A DNA stretch of 64,000 bases from Anolis carolinensis (Eukaryota), in contig NC_085841.1 of the NCBI RefSeq assembly GCF_035594765.1, positions 263,778,525 to 263,842,524 of the forward strand, given 5' to 3'. The translations under genes were made by a program, and so were the position numbers. Of this stretch, positions 46,816 to 59,347 are shown in pieces (position 1 is the first letter of the stretch; each line of letters opens with the position of its first letter). The notes beneath the pieces are model-generated. The model was not told where the DNA came from, did not search any database, and saw only the letters and a program-made list of their open reading frames with translations.

Positions 46816-47279
46816 AATAATCAATGCAGAGAAATAGAAGATGACAGATCATATAGAACAGGAGACCTCTTTCATGAGATCTCAGAATTCAAAGAGAAAA
46901 TTCAACCAAGAGTGGAAGTGCTTTACAGCTGGCAGAGGAGCACACTGCATGATCAAGAAGAAATAAAAAGATGATGGAAAGAATTCTAGAAGCTGAATCA
47001 AAAGCACACAAGTCAGAGTGAATCTGGGTGACTTTATTTGCAAAGTGCCATGCAAGTTCTTCTAATTGGAATGTTGAATGGTAAGCATTGAGGAGCAGTT
47101 TGAAATAGGTCCCTGAACAATTAAAACAGCTGTTCTGGGCACTTCTTTGCAGCTGAAATGGTGGCAGCAACAATGATTTCTCTGCTACCCTCATTGAATG
47201 CTGGGTACTGAAGAATTGTCTGTTCAGTAGTCAGCAAAGTCCAAACCACCACAACTCCACATCCACAAAATGCAGCAAC

Positions 47280-47600
47280 CATAACTTCTTCAATTTTGTC
47301 TGGATTCAGTCTTTATCCATCACCTTCTGCCTTCTTCTTCTCCCACATTGCATTCGTATTGGCTACAAGTGTGATTATGACAGCTGTATTTGCAAACTGG
47401 TATGTTTCTATTTACTTCAACAAATGATTGTTAGAAGACAACTAGCTGGCATGATAAAGTCTTTAATGTCAACTGTACACCTTCCTTTGCACTTTCTTCT
47501 TTGTCTTTTTCAGTAATCATTACAAATAATTGCTGTTTTCTGCTAGTAGTATGGTATCATCTGTATATGAATCCAATTTTAAACTTCATTCCTCTAAGTT
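47280..47600 (-). mobile_element. RTE reverse-transcriptase fragment
   Basis: Minus strand YTDDTILLAEN (YADD-like motif). Confidence 0.6.
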
Positions 47601-49137
47601 TAATCTTGCTTTATATATGGTAAGTTTAGCATCCAAGGTAAACTTTTTTTTTAGCGAATCACGAAGAGTAGTTCCATAACACAAAATAATTTTGAAATCA
47701 GGCTCCATCGATAAACTTCAGTGGAAACTCAAGACAGCTAAACTTCAGTGGACACTCGTGGGGATTTAGTTAATCAGTTAAAATCCATGAGTAAACCAGG
47801 TTTTTTTTAAAATCTGAAAATTTTCATTCATTTTATTATGAAGAGGGATCAGCTTTTGAAGGTCAACCTCTTTGATCTCCCCGCCTTCTGCCGCCTTTCA
47901 AATTTCCTCATGTCTATATTATGTCTTTGAATCCCTCTATTGGCAGGAGTTTGGATTAGAGGATTCTGGTGATACTTCCAACTGTACATTGTAGGATTCT
48001 ACAGAATCAAAAGATGTCATAATCAAGTTCAGATTTCAGTTCCCCAATGAACTCATGTGGTTATCAAGTGGAGCCAATTGTAGCCGCTCTACTTTTACTG
48101 CTCCGTGGAATGTTGTTAGGATAAAAACAGAGAAGGGGAAAAATGACATGAATGCCTTCAGCTTCAAATAAGTGGAATGAAATTAGTTACAACTCAAATA
48201 GTTGGAAAAAACAAGACTGTCATACAGAAACTAATGCATTTTCCCACAGCCTTTTAGGAAGACTCTGTTAGGCTACAATTGCATATATACTTATCTGGGA
48301 GGAAATCCCCCTGAAGTCACTTCTGAGTAGATATGTACGTGGCTGTACCATTAAGTTAAATGAAAAATTGCTCTTGCAAAGGCAGACTGTAATTCCCCTC
48401 ACCACAGATACGCAAACATTCTGGTATTTCTTTCAGTTTCACACATACACTCTATTTCTTGCTCTCTCAGTCTCTTTCTCTGAATCTTATTTGTGCACAG
48501 ATAGGTGTTCCCTGCTTCCCCCTCTCTTGCACACACACACACAAACATGCAAACACTTGTCACTCAGTTTCTCTCAGTTTCTTGCATACAATCCCATTCC
48601 TGTATTTGGTTACACACACACAGAGGCTTGCACATACAGGTAAACAAAAACTCACTGTGTTCCACCCCCATCTGACTTTTCAGGGTTCTTGCAATAGTGA
48701 TTCTGGTTTGGCTGTTTCTTGCGAATTATTGTGGTTTTCAAATGCCTTATTATTTATTTATTATTTAAACATTTATATTCTGCCCTTCTCACCCCAAAGG
48801 GGACACAGGGTGGAGCACAACATATATATGGCAAACATTCATTGCCGGAACATAAAATAAACTACAAATATACATAAACACTAAAATCAATTATCTTCAC
48901 ATTAAAACGATTATTTTAAACCATCACAAGTCAGCCGCATCATATCTGGTCAGCAGGGTGAAATTTCCTATTGCTCCCGTTATTGCACTATTATGTGTCC
49001 CAATTTGCTCTGAATTAATGTTCCTTTTCTATTTTGACAGCTATTTATTTTGATGCTGATTGAAAGAACTTTAATTTCTTTGAAGGCATCTTACTTCTCC
49101 ATATCCAGGATTCTTGGATGAAGCATACTTTCTAGAC

Positions 49138-50356
49138 CAGGGGTCCCCAAACTAAGGCCCGGGGACCAGATGCGGCCCTCCAAGGTCATTTACCTGGCCC
49201 CCGCCCTCAGCTTTATAATATAATATAATATAATATAATATAATATAATATAATATAATATAATATAATATAATATAATATAATATATTGTATATACATA
49301 TAATATTGATAATAATATTATGTTATACAATATAATACTAATAATAATACCATATAATAATATTATATGTTATATATTACACTAGCTGTGCCCAGCCACG
49401 CGTTGCTGTGGCAAAGTGGTGGTGGTATTGGTTAAAAATTGTTGTGTAATTTTTATTTGACGTTATTTGTATTTTTAAATTATTTTTATTGTAAGTTATC
49501 TTTTTATTTATTATATTTTATTATTTTCTTGTATTATTTTTAGTTATTTTCTGTTATTATAGTATTTTATTGTATTAATTTTTTAGTGTTTTTAATTATT
49601 TTTAGTGTTTATTATTATTTTTTATTGGGCTGCTAGGAGACCAAGTTGGAGGAGCTTAGCCTTCTAACTGGCAGCAATTGGATAAAAGCAATTATTCCTC
49701 TCCCTCTAATTAGGACTTTATTTTTCTTTTCTTTTTGTTGTATCAACCTAGAGGCTTGGATGATGGGTTGTGTTGTCAAATTTCGAGATTGGGGGGCCTG
49801 TAGTTTTGTTGTTTTGTGGGTCGCCGTGATGCCATCACTCTTTTATATATATAGATAGAATATTACAGTATCATGGTATAGTTCAATATAGTAATATATA
49901 ATGCTAATATTGTTCTATGCTAATAATATAATATATTGTATGTACATACAGCTGCTCTGAGTCCCCTTCGGGGTGAGAAGGGTGGGATATAAATGTAGTA
50001 AATAAATGCAGTAAATAAATAATTAATTTTTAACTTCAGCTCAGTCAAAGTCTGAAATGACTTGAAGGCACACAACAACAACAATCCTAATTAACTTGAC
50101 TATCTCATTGGCCAGTAGCAGGCCCACACTTTCCATTGAAATCCTGACAGGATTATGTAGGTTTAAATTGTTTTCATTTTTAAATATTGTATTGTTCTTT
50201 CATTGCTGCTGCTGCTGCTGCTGTTTTGCACTACAAATAAGACATGTGCAGTATGCATAGGAATTTGTTCGTATTTTTTTCAAATGATAATTTGGCCCCT
50301 CAACCATCTGAAGGATTGTTGACCGGCCCTCAGCTTCAAAAGTTTGAGGACCCCTG
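49138..50356. mobile_element. hAT/Charlie-type MITE
   Basis: TIRs CAGGGGTCCCCAAACT / AGTTTGAGGACCCCTG; perfect 8-bp TSD TTCTAGAC; internal AT satellite ~49215-49290. Confidence 0.92.
49382..49855 (-). mobile_element. Non-autonomous Helitron
   Basis: 5' TCTATATATAT; 3' GCCACAGCAACGCGTGGC hairpin plus CTAG; A|T insertion site. Confidence 0.85.
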
Positions 50357-50599
50357 TTCTAGACCATGTAAATCTAGCTTCAGGCTGGGACATGGACGCC
50401 TTTGATCACCTTGATGGATGATCTACGCTGAGAACTAGATAAGAGGAGTATGACCTATTTCATTCTCCTTGATCTCTCAGCGGTGTCTGACACTATCAAC
50501 CATGGTATTCTTCTGGAGCAACTAATAGGAATGGGGCTGAGGGGCACTGTTTGGAAGTGGTTCCAGTCTTTTCTCTTGGATCATAATCAGAAGGTGGTA

Positions 50600-50922
50600 C
50601 AGTAGAGTCTCACTTATCCAACACTCACTTATCCAACGTTCTGGATTATCCAACGCATTTTTGGAGTCAATGTTTTCAATATATCATGATATTTTGGTGC
50701 TAAATTCATAAATACAGTAATTACTACATAGCATTACTGCGTATTGAACTACTTTTTCTGCCAAATTTGTTGTCTAACATGATGTTTTGGTGCTTCATTT
50801 GTAAAATCATAACCTAATTTGATGTTTAATAGGCTTTTCCTTAATGCTTCCTTATTATCCAACATATTTGCTTATCCAACATTCTGCTGGCCCATTTATG
50901 TTGGATAAGTGAGACTCTACTG
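50600..50922. mobile_element. Tc1/mariner MITE, intact
   Basis: 23-bp TIRs CAGTAGAGTCTCACTTATCCAAC; TA TSD. Confidence 0.92.
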
Positions 50923-52190
50923 TATTGGAAGAGTCCTGCTCGACCCCATGGCCATTTGACTGTGAGGTCTCACAGGGCTCATGACTTTCCCCAGTGTTAT
51001 TTAACATCTACATGAAACCACTGGAAGAGATCATCTTGGGGTTTTGGAGTTCAGTATTGCCTATATGCAAATGATGCCTAACTCTACTACTCCTTTTCAC
51101 CAGACAATGCCAAGGAAGCCATGCTGCACTTGAACCAATGCCTGGAAGCAGTTATGGGCTGGATAAACTGCAATTTAAAACTGCACCCAGATAAGACAGA
51201 GGTACTACTGGTCTCCCATGGGATGGATCTGGGAATAGGGTTACCATTGGAGCTGGACAGAATTACCCTCCCCTTGAAAGCTCAGGTTCGTAGTTTGGGG
51301 GTGTTTCTGGGTTCCTTTTTAAACTTGGAAGCCCAGGTGATGGAGGTTACCAGGATAGCCTTTGCACAACTTAAACCTGGTGCGCCAGCTGTAACCGTTC
51401 CTGGAAAAATCCGACCTGGCCACGATGGTACATGCCTTGATTATATCCCGCTTGGAGCACTTTAACACGCTCTATGTGGGGCTGCCTTTGAAAACAGTTT
51501 GTTCAAGGATCAGCAGCTAGGCTGTTAATGGGAGCGGATATAAGATAACATACTACCTTGCTCCTGAAACAGCTGCACTGGCTACCAATTAGTCTCTGCG
51601 CCTGATTCAAAGTGCTGGTTTTGCCCTTCACGGCATCGGTCCAGATTACCTAAGACATTGGGTCCCTTTATATACACCAGGGTGAGCATTAAGATCAAGT
51701 GGGGAATTGCTAGTCTCCTCAAGTACCCATGACACTTTTCACCAGAAGATGGCAAGAGAGGGGTCCTTTTTGGGGGTGGCCCCCTTTTGTGGAATGCCCT
51801 CCCAGGGGAGATTAGATTTGCACCCTCACTGTTGGTTTTCAGGAAGGGCATAAAAGCCTTTTCAAGGTTAAACAAATTGAAACTGAATCCAGAAAAGACA
51901 GAGGTACTACTGGTCTCATGTAGGATGGATCCGGGAATAGGATTACAACTGGAGCTGTAACCTTAGGAGGGAACTAATGATATCCGGATTAAGAAGGCCA
52001 TATTATCTCACCACATATTATTAGGGTGGATTTAAAAACTAATTTAGGGGCATTTTAAATAGTGGTTTATATCTTTTACTAATGTTTATGGTTTTAACTT
52101 GCTTTTACTTTTTATATTTTATGTTTTTATTGGCTGTAAGCTGCCTTGGGCCTTTGAGTGAAGAAATGCAGGGTAAAATTTTCATAAAAA

Positions 52191-53354
52191 CTAGCTGTGC
52201 CCGGCCACGCGTTGCTGTGGCTTAGTCTGGTGGGGTTGGTCAGTCTACATTAGGTTGTATTGATGCTGTGACCTCCACCCTTCTTTATACTCACATTAGT
52301 AGTAGTATTTGAAGTCTGTTACCTTCTTCAATTTTTGTGTTGATTGATAATTGCTTGAGATCCCTGTTGTCTTTGGTTTGTTGTTAATTGTAATGTCTGA
52401 TTCTGCTGAGTGCGGTTTATATTTTTATTGTGGTACAATAGTCTTTTTTTTGTTTTGCCTGTGTAGGTGTTTATTATTATTGTTGTTGTTGTGGTCATGA
52501 AGGTTGGATAAGTTAGATGCTACTGTATTGTTTTTTGGAGGCCCAGTGTAGCACTGACTGACCTCTCAGCCTCAGTGCCTGGCTGTTTCTTGCCTGTGAT
52601 GGTGTTGATTCTTATTGTTGTTGTTGTTGTCACTGTTATTATTGTAATTGTTTTTTTGGAGGCCAAGTGTGAATGTAGGGATTGGGGAGGTGGATGAGTT
52701 GTGTTGTCAAATTTTGTATTTGTTATAGTCACAATGCGTTGTTGTGAGTTTTGTGGGTCCAGATTGTGGTTTTCTGGTGTGGTTGTGTTGTTACAACTGA
52801 GAGGCAAGGATTTTGTGTTGTGTTGCCAAGTTTTGTATTTCTGGGGCGTTTAGTTGTGTGCCAAGTTTTGTATTTCTGGGGCGTTTAGTTGTGTTGTTAT
52901 AGTCACGATGCACTGTTGTGAGTTTTGTGGGTCCGGATTGTGGTTTTGTGGTGTGGTTGTGTTGTTACAATCGGGAGGGAATGCTTTTGCGTTGTGTTGC
53001 CAAGTTTCGTATTTCTGGGGCGTTTAGTTGTGTTGTTAGAGTCATGATGCGTTGTTGTGAGTTTTGTGGGTCCTGTGTGGTTTTGTGGTGTGGTTGTGTT
53101 GTTACAACTGGGAGGCAAGGCTTCTGCATTGTGTTGCCAAGTTTTGTATTTCTGGGGCATTTAGTTGTGTTGTTATCGCATGATGCGTTGTTGCGAGTTT
53201 TGTGGGTCTGGATTGTGGTTTTGTGGTGTGGTTGTGTTGTTGTAACCTGGAGGCAAGCCTTTTGCATTGTGTTGCCAAATTTCGTATTTCTGGGATGTTT
53301 AGTTTTGTTGTTATAGTCACTGCGCAAACAACTTTATCATTTTATATATATAGA
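52191..53354 (-). mobile_element. Non-autonomous Helitron with an internal ~137-bp minisatellite
   Basis: Same termini as 49382; A|T site in the L2 tail; repeat units ~52697-53320. Confidence 0.85.
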
Positions 53355-55429
53355 TAAAAAAAATGTTATGACCCAAGTTTAACAGAAACCCATTTTTAAA
53401 ATTGCAATTTCTCAAGAGTGTACCAAAAAAATTAATGCATTATTCCACATTTAGTAACACTCCTTCCTCTCGGAGGTTCAAAATATATTGAAACGCTTTT
53501 TAAAGGTTTCATTTGCTTTGACCTTATTGTTTGACTCAAACTATTGGAAAGTTACTTCAGTTTGCATAATTTCGTACTTTGTATTTTAATACCACCACCC
53601 ACCCCACCCGCCAAAAGCTTTGATTCAGGTGCTGCGGGCTTTGAGAGTTTTACTTCCTCCAATAAATAAATGAATTGTTAGTGTCAGCCTTCTGATAGCT
53701 TTGTACAGCTAGTGACAGTAAGCCTGAATTAGGTACACTGCAGTTCAATAAATTGAACAGTATAGTTATCATTAAGATTTAGTGCATAGTATAATCGGTT
53801 CTCCTATGGTGTTTGGGAGTTTTTAGATTTGGAAAGCAAAGGGGACTTCAGCCCAATGGAAAACAGCTTTATGCTTTCTTAGGGCACATTGGCATTGCAA
53901 ATGATTATGCAAAAGGCTGTAAATAAATATTTTTAGAGTATATTCTCTTCATGCAGCACTGATTTTTAGCTAAATGATAAATTGCCTTAAACTGGAAAGT
54001 GAACTGTTTCTGAGTGTCGAGATGGATTATAATCTTAAAGGTGACCTGCTGAAGATAAAGTGTGTTGGGTTTATGCCTTTCTTTTCACATTTTGTGTTGT
54101 ATAAGCACAGTCCATAAATTTATTTGCCTCTTGCCTTCGAAATTTGAATTACTCCATATCTGCAGAGCTCTGCAGATAGTTCAAGTACTAATTCAAGAGA
54201 AATGAAACCTGAAATTTTGAAGGGCTCATTCAGATCTGAAAAGTTGGCCTCATTTGTACTTTTTCCTAACCTTGCACTCTTTGCACAAGTTTGTTAATTA
54301 TTCCTGGAGACTGGTCATGTTTTGAGAGAAGTGATTATGATATAACAGAGGGCTAATTACTGTGATGTATGAGTTCATTTATTTCAGCAGTCCCACCTCT
54401 CTGGCCAAATTAGTTACAGATTTTTTTATCACTATGTATTTCTGTAACACCTGTTTACCTGTAGCAATAGTGGGATGAATAAACACACTTGAAGTTGTTT
54501 ATTCCCTTATTTATTAAGGGTATGTCCCATGCGTCTGTGAAAAATTGTACTTGTAGCAATGTATTTTCCAAACTGTCTTCAGCTTTTTGAGAAAAAAACA
54601 TGGTCTCTTTGCAGCCTATTACAGCTAGTCACCCTCAAATATATAGATAGAATGAATAAATGGCTGGTTTTAGTTGGGTTGGGCAGCAGTGTCATCTGGG
54701 TGATGGATAGGGAGGAGCATCAACATTTAATTTCTGCTTTCAAAATTAGGAAGAAAGATTGATAAAGTGCACATGAGATTAAAAAAAGAAGGCAAGTCCA
54801 TACATAGAGGCAGTTTCACATTAATGATGTGGGATTACTGTTCCTACACTTTATTGGTTTGACGTTTCAGCAACTCACTTGCAAATTATGAGTTTCGCAC
54901 GTATTGTATTGTGATTTCCCTGCTCTCCAGCAGTAATATTTCCTCATTTGCAAGATTTTGTGCTTAATGCTTGAATGGCATATTCTTAACCAAGTGTGGT
55001 TAATGCCTAATTTTTAAACATATCCTCAGGGCCTACCCCTTGTAATATCTCAAGGGGAAGAACTTAGTCACAGGTTTCAGTCTTAGCATTTCAGGGCCTG
55101 GGGTGCTGTTCATTATCATCATCATCATCATTATCATCATCAAATACCTCTCTTGAAGATCTCGGGACCCAGACAGGTTCGAAAAAGGGGTTGTGGTCAG
55201 CCAACAGTCTGGACCTGAACTGTACCTGATAAATATCCCAATTGTCCTGATTTGGCAGGGTTAGTCCCAATCAATCCACTGTTGTCCCATTTTTCAGTTT
55301 CTTTCTCTGCCTCCATCTTTCTTTTGGGCTTTAACTTACTTCAATTGCTAAAAAGTGAATCAGTTGATTGGCCACATCTGTCCCTGTGTGTTTGCATGTC
55401 ATCTCCTCCAATTGTCCCAATATGGTAGT

Positions 55430-56199
55430 GTTGTTTATTCGTTCAGTCACTTCCGACTCTTTGTGACTTCATGGACCAGCCCATGCCAGAGCTTCCTGTT
55501 GGCCATCGCTGCCTCCACTTTCTTCAAGGTCAAGCCAGTCACTTCAAGGATACCATCCATCCATCTCGCCCTTGGTCGGCCTCGTTTCCTTTTTTCCTTC
55601 CATTTTCCCCAGCATCATGATCTTTTCTAAGCTTTCCTGTCTTCTCATGATGTGGCCAAAGTACTTCATCTTTGCCTCTAATTCCCTTCCCTCCAGTGAG
55701 CAGCCGGGCATTATTTCCTGAAGTATGGACTGGTTTGATCTTCTTGTGGTCCAAGGGACTTTCAGGATTTTCCTCCAACGCCACAATTCAAAAGCATCTA
55801 TCTTCCTTTGCTCAGCCTTCCTTATGGTCCAGCTCTCACATCCATAGGTTTAACTATGCGGACCTTCATTATCAGTGTGATATCTCTACTCTTCACTATT
55901 TTATGGAGGTTGGCCATTGCTCTCCTCCCAAGCAGTAAACGTCTTCTGATTTCCTGGCTGCAGTCTGCATCTGCAGTGATCTTTGCGCCTAGAAATATAA
56001 AGTCTGTCACTGCTTCCACGATTTCTCCCTCTATTTGCCAGTTATCAATCAGTCTGGTTTTCTTGATGTTTAACTGCAACCCAGCTTTTGCACTTTCTTC
56101 TTTCACTGGTGATAAGGCTCCTCTGCTCCTCCTCACTTTCAGCCATCAGAGTGGTATCATCTGCATACCTAAGGTTGTTAATGTTTCTTCAACAATTTT
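55430..56199 (-). mobile_element. RTE/BovB LINE, 5'-truncated (RT C-terminus to tail)
   Basis: YADDTTLMAESEE, AGLQLNIKKT, CSQEIRRRLLLGR, KYFGHIMRR..LEK; TSD AATATGGTAGT / AATTTGGTAGT. Confidence 0.9.
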
Positions 56200-56719
56200 A
56201 ATTTGGTAGTAGCAGTCCTGATTGACCATCCTCTTGTCAGTTATTACAAACTGAGATCAAAGTGTAAAAGAAGTTTGCACTCAATTAATTCAGGCTTTGT
56301 CTTTGAAATCTCAGTACCTAGGATGCTACCAACCTGTTCAACCCTAGTATATATCCGCCAGTTATCCCAATTTAGTAGAGATAGTCCTGATCAATCCTCT
56401 TTTGTTCCACTTTTTCATGTTTTAAGGATGTTTCTTTTTCTCTCTCTTTCCATTTCCCCCTTTTGTCATATCTTCTTCTCAATTGCTGAAAACTAAGTTC
56501 AAAGTGCAAAAGTAGAGGAGAGAAGGGGGTGGAATCTGGCCCTCTACAGTAGGCTCATGCAAAAGCAAACCACTACATCCTCATTAATAATGTTTACTAT
56601 CTTGATTACACTCTGGTGTTACATTCACATACCTGCCCTGTTTTTTTATTTGTAAGATGTTTGAAGGTATATATTATTATTTTGCCATGAACAGCACTAT
56701 TTTGGCTAGATGAAGGCAT

Positions 56720-57105
56720 CAGATTGGGATCTGATCTTGGAAGCTCCCCCCCCCCCCCCTCAATGTCAGGAGCGACTTGAGAAACTGCAAGTCATTTCTG
56801 GTCTGAGAGAACTGGTTGTCTGCAAGGCTGTTGTCCAAGGTTTCATCATTCTTGTGGGAGGCTTCTCTCATGTCCCCACATGGGAAGTGGGAGCTGACAG
56901 AGGGAGCTCATCCGTCCCCCCCCCCCCCCCCCCCCGTGCTCTTGGAAACTAAGTACGCTCTATTAGTGCTTGGACAGAGGACCACCAAGAAATACCAAGT
57001 GCTTTAAGCTGTGTTTCAGAGGAAGGTACTGGTAAAGAAATTCTGAGTATTCATTGTGTAAGAAAATCTAAAGGTATTTCTGGGGTTTCCATGAATCAAC
57101 AGGAA
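56720..57105 (+). mobile_element. 5S-derived SINE, interrupted
   Basis: TCTGATCTTGGAAGCT...TAGTGCTTGGACAGAGGACCACC plus body as at 17845. Confidence 0.6.
56746..56939 (-). mobile_element. tRNA-SINE fragment (family of 2445) flanked by C-runs
   Basis: TGTCAGGAGCGACTTGAGAAACTGCAAGTC body; TSD TCTTGGAAGCT / TCTTGGAAACT. Confidence 0.8.
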
Positions 57106-58214
57106 ATCTTAAACCATGCACACAGAGATTGTGAGGCCATATCCTATATGTCTCAGGGTTGCACTTGATTGGATATATGAATTTTCATAAGTCCTCAGTT
57201 TTTGAGGCTGAGCTTCAGACATGGACATGATATTTGCATCCTAAAAGAGCAGTTTTATCTAAAACCTAAGCTACATTGTTATTTTGAGGCATTTATCTAT
57301 TTAGTGTAATATATAAATCACATTAAATATAAGCCTTACATACTTGCAAAATCATGATTCAAGGAAAGCATGTTGCAATTGTTCTGTATTCAATAAGAAT
57401 CTGCTAATTGCAACAGGGTTCCAAAAATGGTTGCTGGGACATTCACGGCTGTATTTTGAACCACCATGAGCTAGGGACCTCATCACATGGAGGTTGAGAA
57501 GCCTGTGAACAGCGGAGGAAATCATAGAGCAGTGTAAGACTTTGTCCCCTTACTGTTGGTGGTCGTGGGATCCCATCCCATGACATTTCCATGCTGTCTC
57601 CATCTTCCTCCCGCTTCTTCTCTGGCTTCTCTGGGTCCGTTTCTTGGTGCTAACGGCATACTGCTGGCACAGAGCCTAATGGAGCCCCGCTGGAAGTAGC
57701 CCTGTGTCATCTGGGGGACTCCGTGCCGGTAGCACCAAGCAGCAGAGAAAAACATCAATGTGATGAGATGGTGAGATGGTTCTGGTGCCTTTGATACCAC
57801 CAGAAAGCACTATATCATAGTAGCAAATCATGATTATGTTGTCTCCTTAATATTTCACCTTACATATACTGCAAGTCAAGAACATCAATGGGCAAGAGTT
57901 CGTCCAGGAGTATAAAATCTATCACTTGCTCAAGTTTTCTCCTCCAGAATAGAAAATATACATGTCATAAACATAGAACAGCAGCTCAGGTGCTTGTAAA
58001 TTATTGCTGAACTGCAGCTGTAGCTGAGCTATTCCACCTCCTCCAACTGTCCAATTGGGTCAGTTCCCATTCATCTTCTGTTATCTTGTTTTATCAACAG
58101 CTTTTAAAATGTCAATTTTCTCTATCTTCCTACTATCTCCTTTGTAGCTAACTCTAGTTGTTGCAAACTGACTTCAGATTGCAAAAGTAGTTTGCACTCA
58201 GTTAACTTAGTGGG

Positions 58215-58524
58215 GGAGCTCCTGATGGCGTCGCAGATTAAACCGCTGAGCTGTTGAACTTGCTGACTGAGAGGTCTAATTTGGGGAGTGGGATGAGTTT
58301 CTGCTGTTAGCTTCTGCCAACCTAGCAGTTCGAAAACATGCAAATATGAGTAGATCAATAGGTACCGCTCTGGCAGGAAGGTAATGACACTCCATGTTGG
58401 TCTCATGACTTTGGAGGTGTCTATGGACAATGTCGGCTCTTTGGCTTAGAAATCGAGATGAGCACCAACCCCCGGTGTCGGACATGACTAGACTTAATGT
58501 CAGGGGAAAACCTTTACGTTTACC
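58215..58524 (+). mobile_element. Sauria SINE
   Basis: Homologous to 1177-1508; TSD TTAACTTAGTGGG / TTAATTTAGTGGG. Confidence 0.9.
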
Positions 58525-59277
58525 TTAATTTAGTGGGTGGGTAGGGTAGGAAAAAGATGGGAAAGGACAGGATTTTGCCCTTCTCTGCAGTTCCCTGCAA
58601 AAGCAAACTGTTGATGAATCTCTTAGATTGACGTTTTTCTCATTAATAATTTATGCCATCTTGACCACAACTTTATGTTGCTTAGTGACATGTATCCCAG
58701 CTTTAATCTGGGAAAGCAGGATGATATGATATTCTGGTTATATCCTGAATTGGACATTAGAGTCATGGCACGGAAAAGAATGTTTAGCATGTCGTTAAAG
58801 ACATATTTATAACTATTGAGGACAAATACATTTACATGCTTCACCTATGGTAAACTAGGATCCTCATCCTGTTGTGCATCTAGACCCTTTTTATATACTA
58901 GCAATAGAGATCCAACTCAGCTCAGCTCATTTGACTTTGCGCATTTCACCAAAGGACATCCGATGCCAGTTTTGTTGACTGAAATCTCCATTATAGCAGT
59001 TTTAAAAAACATGTTATTAAACAGTTCCCTAGCAGGAAATGGGTGTGTTCATTTCCTGAATTTAGCAGTCTATTTCAGTTTTTAACTTGAGTAGTTGGCT
59101 TTATCTAAGAATGCAGTTGTAGCATGTAGTCTGTCTTAAATCTGTCATGCATGAAGAAATGATATTGCGTTGCTGCATCTACTTAAATGGTCTATAAAGA
59201 AGCGGGAGAGAGAAACAGAGAAAGGGAGGGAAGAGAGGTCAGTTTCAGTCCTCTGGTTAACCATTTCCTTTTCCCAG

Positions 59278-59347
59278 CATGACTTGTGTGTAGTCATTTC
59301 TTCACATTTTGCTTACAAAGCATTTTGTCAAGATCTCATTATTTCTG
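59278..59347 (+). other. Candidate small exon (or end of a first exon) of an unidentified host gene
   Basis: TTAAC and TTTCCTTTTCCCAG acceptor; CTG|GTAAGG donor; TATAAA ~59193. Confidence 0.3.

Larger units (their letters stand above)
45070..46925 (+). mobile_element. RTE/BovB-type LINE 5' portion (APE domain), decayed; interrupted ~46168-46815
   Basis: AWNVRSRNQGKLDMVKYEM..LGMSELKWIG; resumes as NQCREIEDD..RTGDLF after the LTR. Confidence 0.8.
49100..52190 (+). mobile_element. L2 LINE (RT region to 3' tail), decayed, hosting hAT and mariner MITEs
   Basis: LMDDL..ILLDLSAVSDTINHGILL, VSQGS..SPVLFNIYM, LKLHPDKTEVLL, QLHWLP. Confidence 0.85.

Noticed and set aside
52697-53320. CRISPR-like array or Thr-rich mucin-like ORFs
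   Set aside because: Contiguous tandem units without unique spacers, inside Helitron termini; the ORFs are by-products of GT-rich repeats in eukaryotic DNA.
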